Under the pieces are notes generated by a model. The model made no database searches, was not told the DNA's origin, and was given only the letters and a program-made list of their open reading frames with translations. The translations under genes and the position numbers were made by a program. From Scyliorhinus canicula (Eukaryota), in assembly GCF_902713615.1 (NCBI RefSeq), contig NC_052147.1:141921885-141985884 (forward strand): a stretch of 64,000 nucleotides of DNA, read 5' to 3'. Shown piece after piece: positions 61,611 through 64,000 of the stretch (its first letter is position 1; each line of letters opens with the position of its first letter).

Positions 61611-64000
61611 GTTTGCAAAGATGATTCTGGATATGAGCAAAAGTAACAGAGTAGTTGTTATGGGGGACTTTAACTTTCCAAATATTGACTGGAAATGCTA
61701 TAGTTCGAGCACTTGAGATGGGTCCGTTTTTGTCCAATGTGTGCAGGAGGGTTTCCTGACACAGTATGTAGATAGGCCAACAAGAGGCGAGGCCACATTG
61801 GATTTGGTACTGGGTAATGAACCAGTTAAGGTGCTAGATTTGGAGGTAGGTGAGCACTTTGGTGATAGTGACCACAATTCGGTTATGTTTACTTTAGCGA
61901 TGGAAAGGGATAGGTATATACCGCAGGGCAAGAGTTATAGCTGGGGGAAAGGCAATTATGATGCGATGAGGCAAGACTTAGGAGCTTGTTCAAGGAACGG
62001 CTACTGCGTGTCCTTGATAAGTATGTACCTGTCAGCAGGGAGGAAGTGGTCGAGCGAGGGAACCGTGGTTTACTAAAGTAGTTGAATCACTTGTCAAGAG
62101 GAAGAAGGAGGCTTATGTAAAGATGAGACGTAAAGGTTCAGTTAGAACATAGAACATAGAACAGTACAGCACAGAACAGGCCCTTCGGCCCTCAATGTTG
62201 TGCCGAGCCATGATCACCCTACTCAAACCCACGTATCCACCCTATACCCGTAACCCAACAACCCCCCCCCCTTAACCTTACTTTTATTAGGACACTATGG
62301 GCAATTTAGCATGGCCAATCCACCTAACCCGCACATCTTTGGACTGTGGGAGGAAACCGGAGCACCCGGAGGAAACCCCCGCACACAGGGGGAGGACGTG
62401 CAGACTCCACACAGACAGTGACCCAACCGGGAATCGAACCTGGGACCCTGGAGCTGTGAAGCATTTATGCTAACCACCATGCTACCCTGCTGCCACCATG
62501 CTTAGGGCGCTCGAGAGTTACAAGTTAGCTAGGAAGGACCTAAAGAGAGAGCGAAGAAGAGCCAGGAGGGTACATGAGAAGTCTTTGGCAGGTAGGATCA
62601 AGGATAACCCTAAAGCTTTCTACAGATATGTCAGGAATAAAAGAATGACTCGGGTAAGAGTAGGGCCAGTCAAGGACAGTAGTGGAAAGTTGTGCATGGA
62701 GTCCGAGGAGATAGGGGAGGTGCTAAATGAATATTTTAGTATTTTAAAGGATAAAGACAATGTTGTCGAGGAGAATACTGAGATACAGGCTACTAGACTA
62801 GAAGGGCTTGAGCTTCATAAGGAGGAGGTGTTAGCAATTCTGGAAAGTGTGCAAATAGATAAGTCCCCTGGGCCAGATGGGATTTATCCTAGGATTCTCT
62901 GGGAAGCTGGGGAGGAGATTGCTGAGCCTTTGGCTTTGATCTTTATGTCATCATTGTCTACAGGAATAATGCCAGAAAACTGGAGGATAGCAAATGTTGT
63001 CCCCTTGTTCAAGAAGGGGAGTAGAGACAACCCCGGTAACTATAGACCAGTGAGCCTTACTTCTGTTGTGGGCAAAGTCTTGGAAAGGTTTATAAGAGAT
63101 AGGATTTATAATCATCTAGAAAGGAATAATTTGATTAGGGATAGTCAACATGGTTTTGTGAAGGGTAGGTTGTGCCTCACAAACCTTATTTAGTTCTTTG
63201 AGAAGGTGACCAAACAGGTGGACGAGGATAAAGCAGTTGATGTGGTGTATATGGATTTCAGTAAAGTGAGAAGGTTCCCCACGGTAGGCTATTGCAGAAA
63301 ATACAGAGGCATTGGATTCAGGGTGATTTAGCAGTTTGGATCAGAAATTGGCTTGCTGTAAGAAGACAGAGGGTGGTGGTTGATGGGAAATGTTCAGCCT
63401 GGAGTTCAGTTACTAGTGGTGTAACACAAGGATCTGTTTTGGGGCCACTGCTGTTTGTCATTTTTATAAATGACCTGGAGGATGGGTGAGTAAATTTGCA
63501 GATGACACTAAAGTCGCAGGAGTTGTAGGTAGTGCGGTAGTGCGGAAGGATGTTGCAGGTTACAAAGATAAGCTGCAGAGCTGGGCTGAGAGGTGGCAAA
63601 TGGAGTTTAATGCAGAAAAGTGTGAGGTGATTCATTTTGGAAGGAGTAACAGGAATACAGAGTACTGGGCTAATGATAAGATTCTTGGTAGTGTGGATGA
63701 GCAGCGAGATCTCGGTGTCCATGTACATGGATCCCTGAAAGTTGCCACCCAGGTTGATAGGGTTGTTAAGAAGGCGTACGGTGTGTTAGCTTTTATTGGT
63801 AGAGGGATTGAGTTTCGGCGCCATGAGGTCATGTTGCAGCTGTACAAAACTCTGGTGCGGCCGCATTTGGAGTATTGCATGTAGTTCTGGTCGCCGCATT
63901 ATAGGAAGGATGTGAAGCATTGGAAAGGGTACAGAGGAGATTTACCAGGATGTTGCCTGGTATGGAGGGAAGATCTTATGAGGAAAGGCTGAGGAACTTA
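61610..64000 (+). mobile_element. CR1 LINE ORF2 (EN-RT), runs off the window; HE1 inserted at 62146-62497
   Basis: GDFNFPNIDW, LDLVL, GDSDHN, DKSPGPDG, GNYRPVSLTS, KFADDTK, RPHLEYC; stops and frameshifts. Confidence 0.95.
62146..62497 (-). mobile_element. Young HE1 SINE
   Basis: (atagaac)n tail, short TSD ttag. Confidence 0.92.

Larger units (their letters stand above)
2673..64000 (-). other. PARD3B: Giant PARD3B intron upstream of the FGKKK exon (>61 kb)
   Basis: No match to the preceding K/E-rich ...KGFGAMLR exon found by eye in the window; PARD3B is known for very long introns. Confidence 0.65.

Noticed and set aside
61610-64000. Active, intact CR1
   Set aside because: 5'-truncated, SINE-interrupted, with several stops and frameshifts.

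Overview
Vertebrate (cartilaginous fish; the repeat families suggest a catshark such as Scyliorhinus, by inference) genomic DNA, almost entirely intronic and dense in repeats. The one confident host-gene feature is a 105-bp phase-2/phase-2 coding exon of PARD3B on the minus strand (2568-2672, R|FGKKKEEKGKEQKSKQKSDGLNEEELERMKEERD|R). The rest of the window is most likely the giant intron upstream of it. Repeats include many CR1/HER1-type LINE fragments, a near full-length decayed L1, a second non-LTR family, V-SINE/HE1 SINEs with three different tails, Deu-domain SINEs, a short tRNA-headed SINE, hAT and GGGC-ended MITEs, a solo LTR, a 33-bp minisatellite split by a CR1, and a pol-less two-LTR Gypsy/Mag-like element. 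Most notable: (i) a TSD-flanked Penelope-derived mini-element carrying a minimal hammerhead ribozyme with a compensatory U3-A8 core, in the pre-mRNA sense; (ii) several strong splice-site pairs in the intron, including a possible recursive-splicing AG|GT site, an in-frame 147-nt cassette, and a possible alternative terminal exon ending in a PDZ-ligand-like WDYFV followed by five UGCAUG motifs; (iii) the LTR element's repeat-rich internal ORF, which contains a dense housekeeping-promoter motif cluster. Repeat boundaries without TSD/TIR support are approximate. All alternative-exon calls are hypotheses without expression data.
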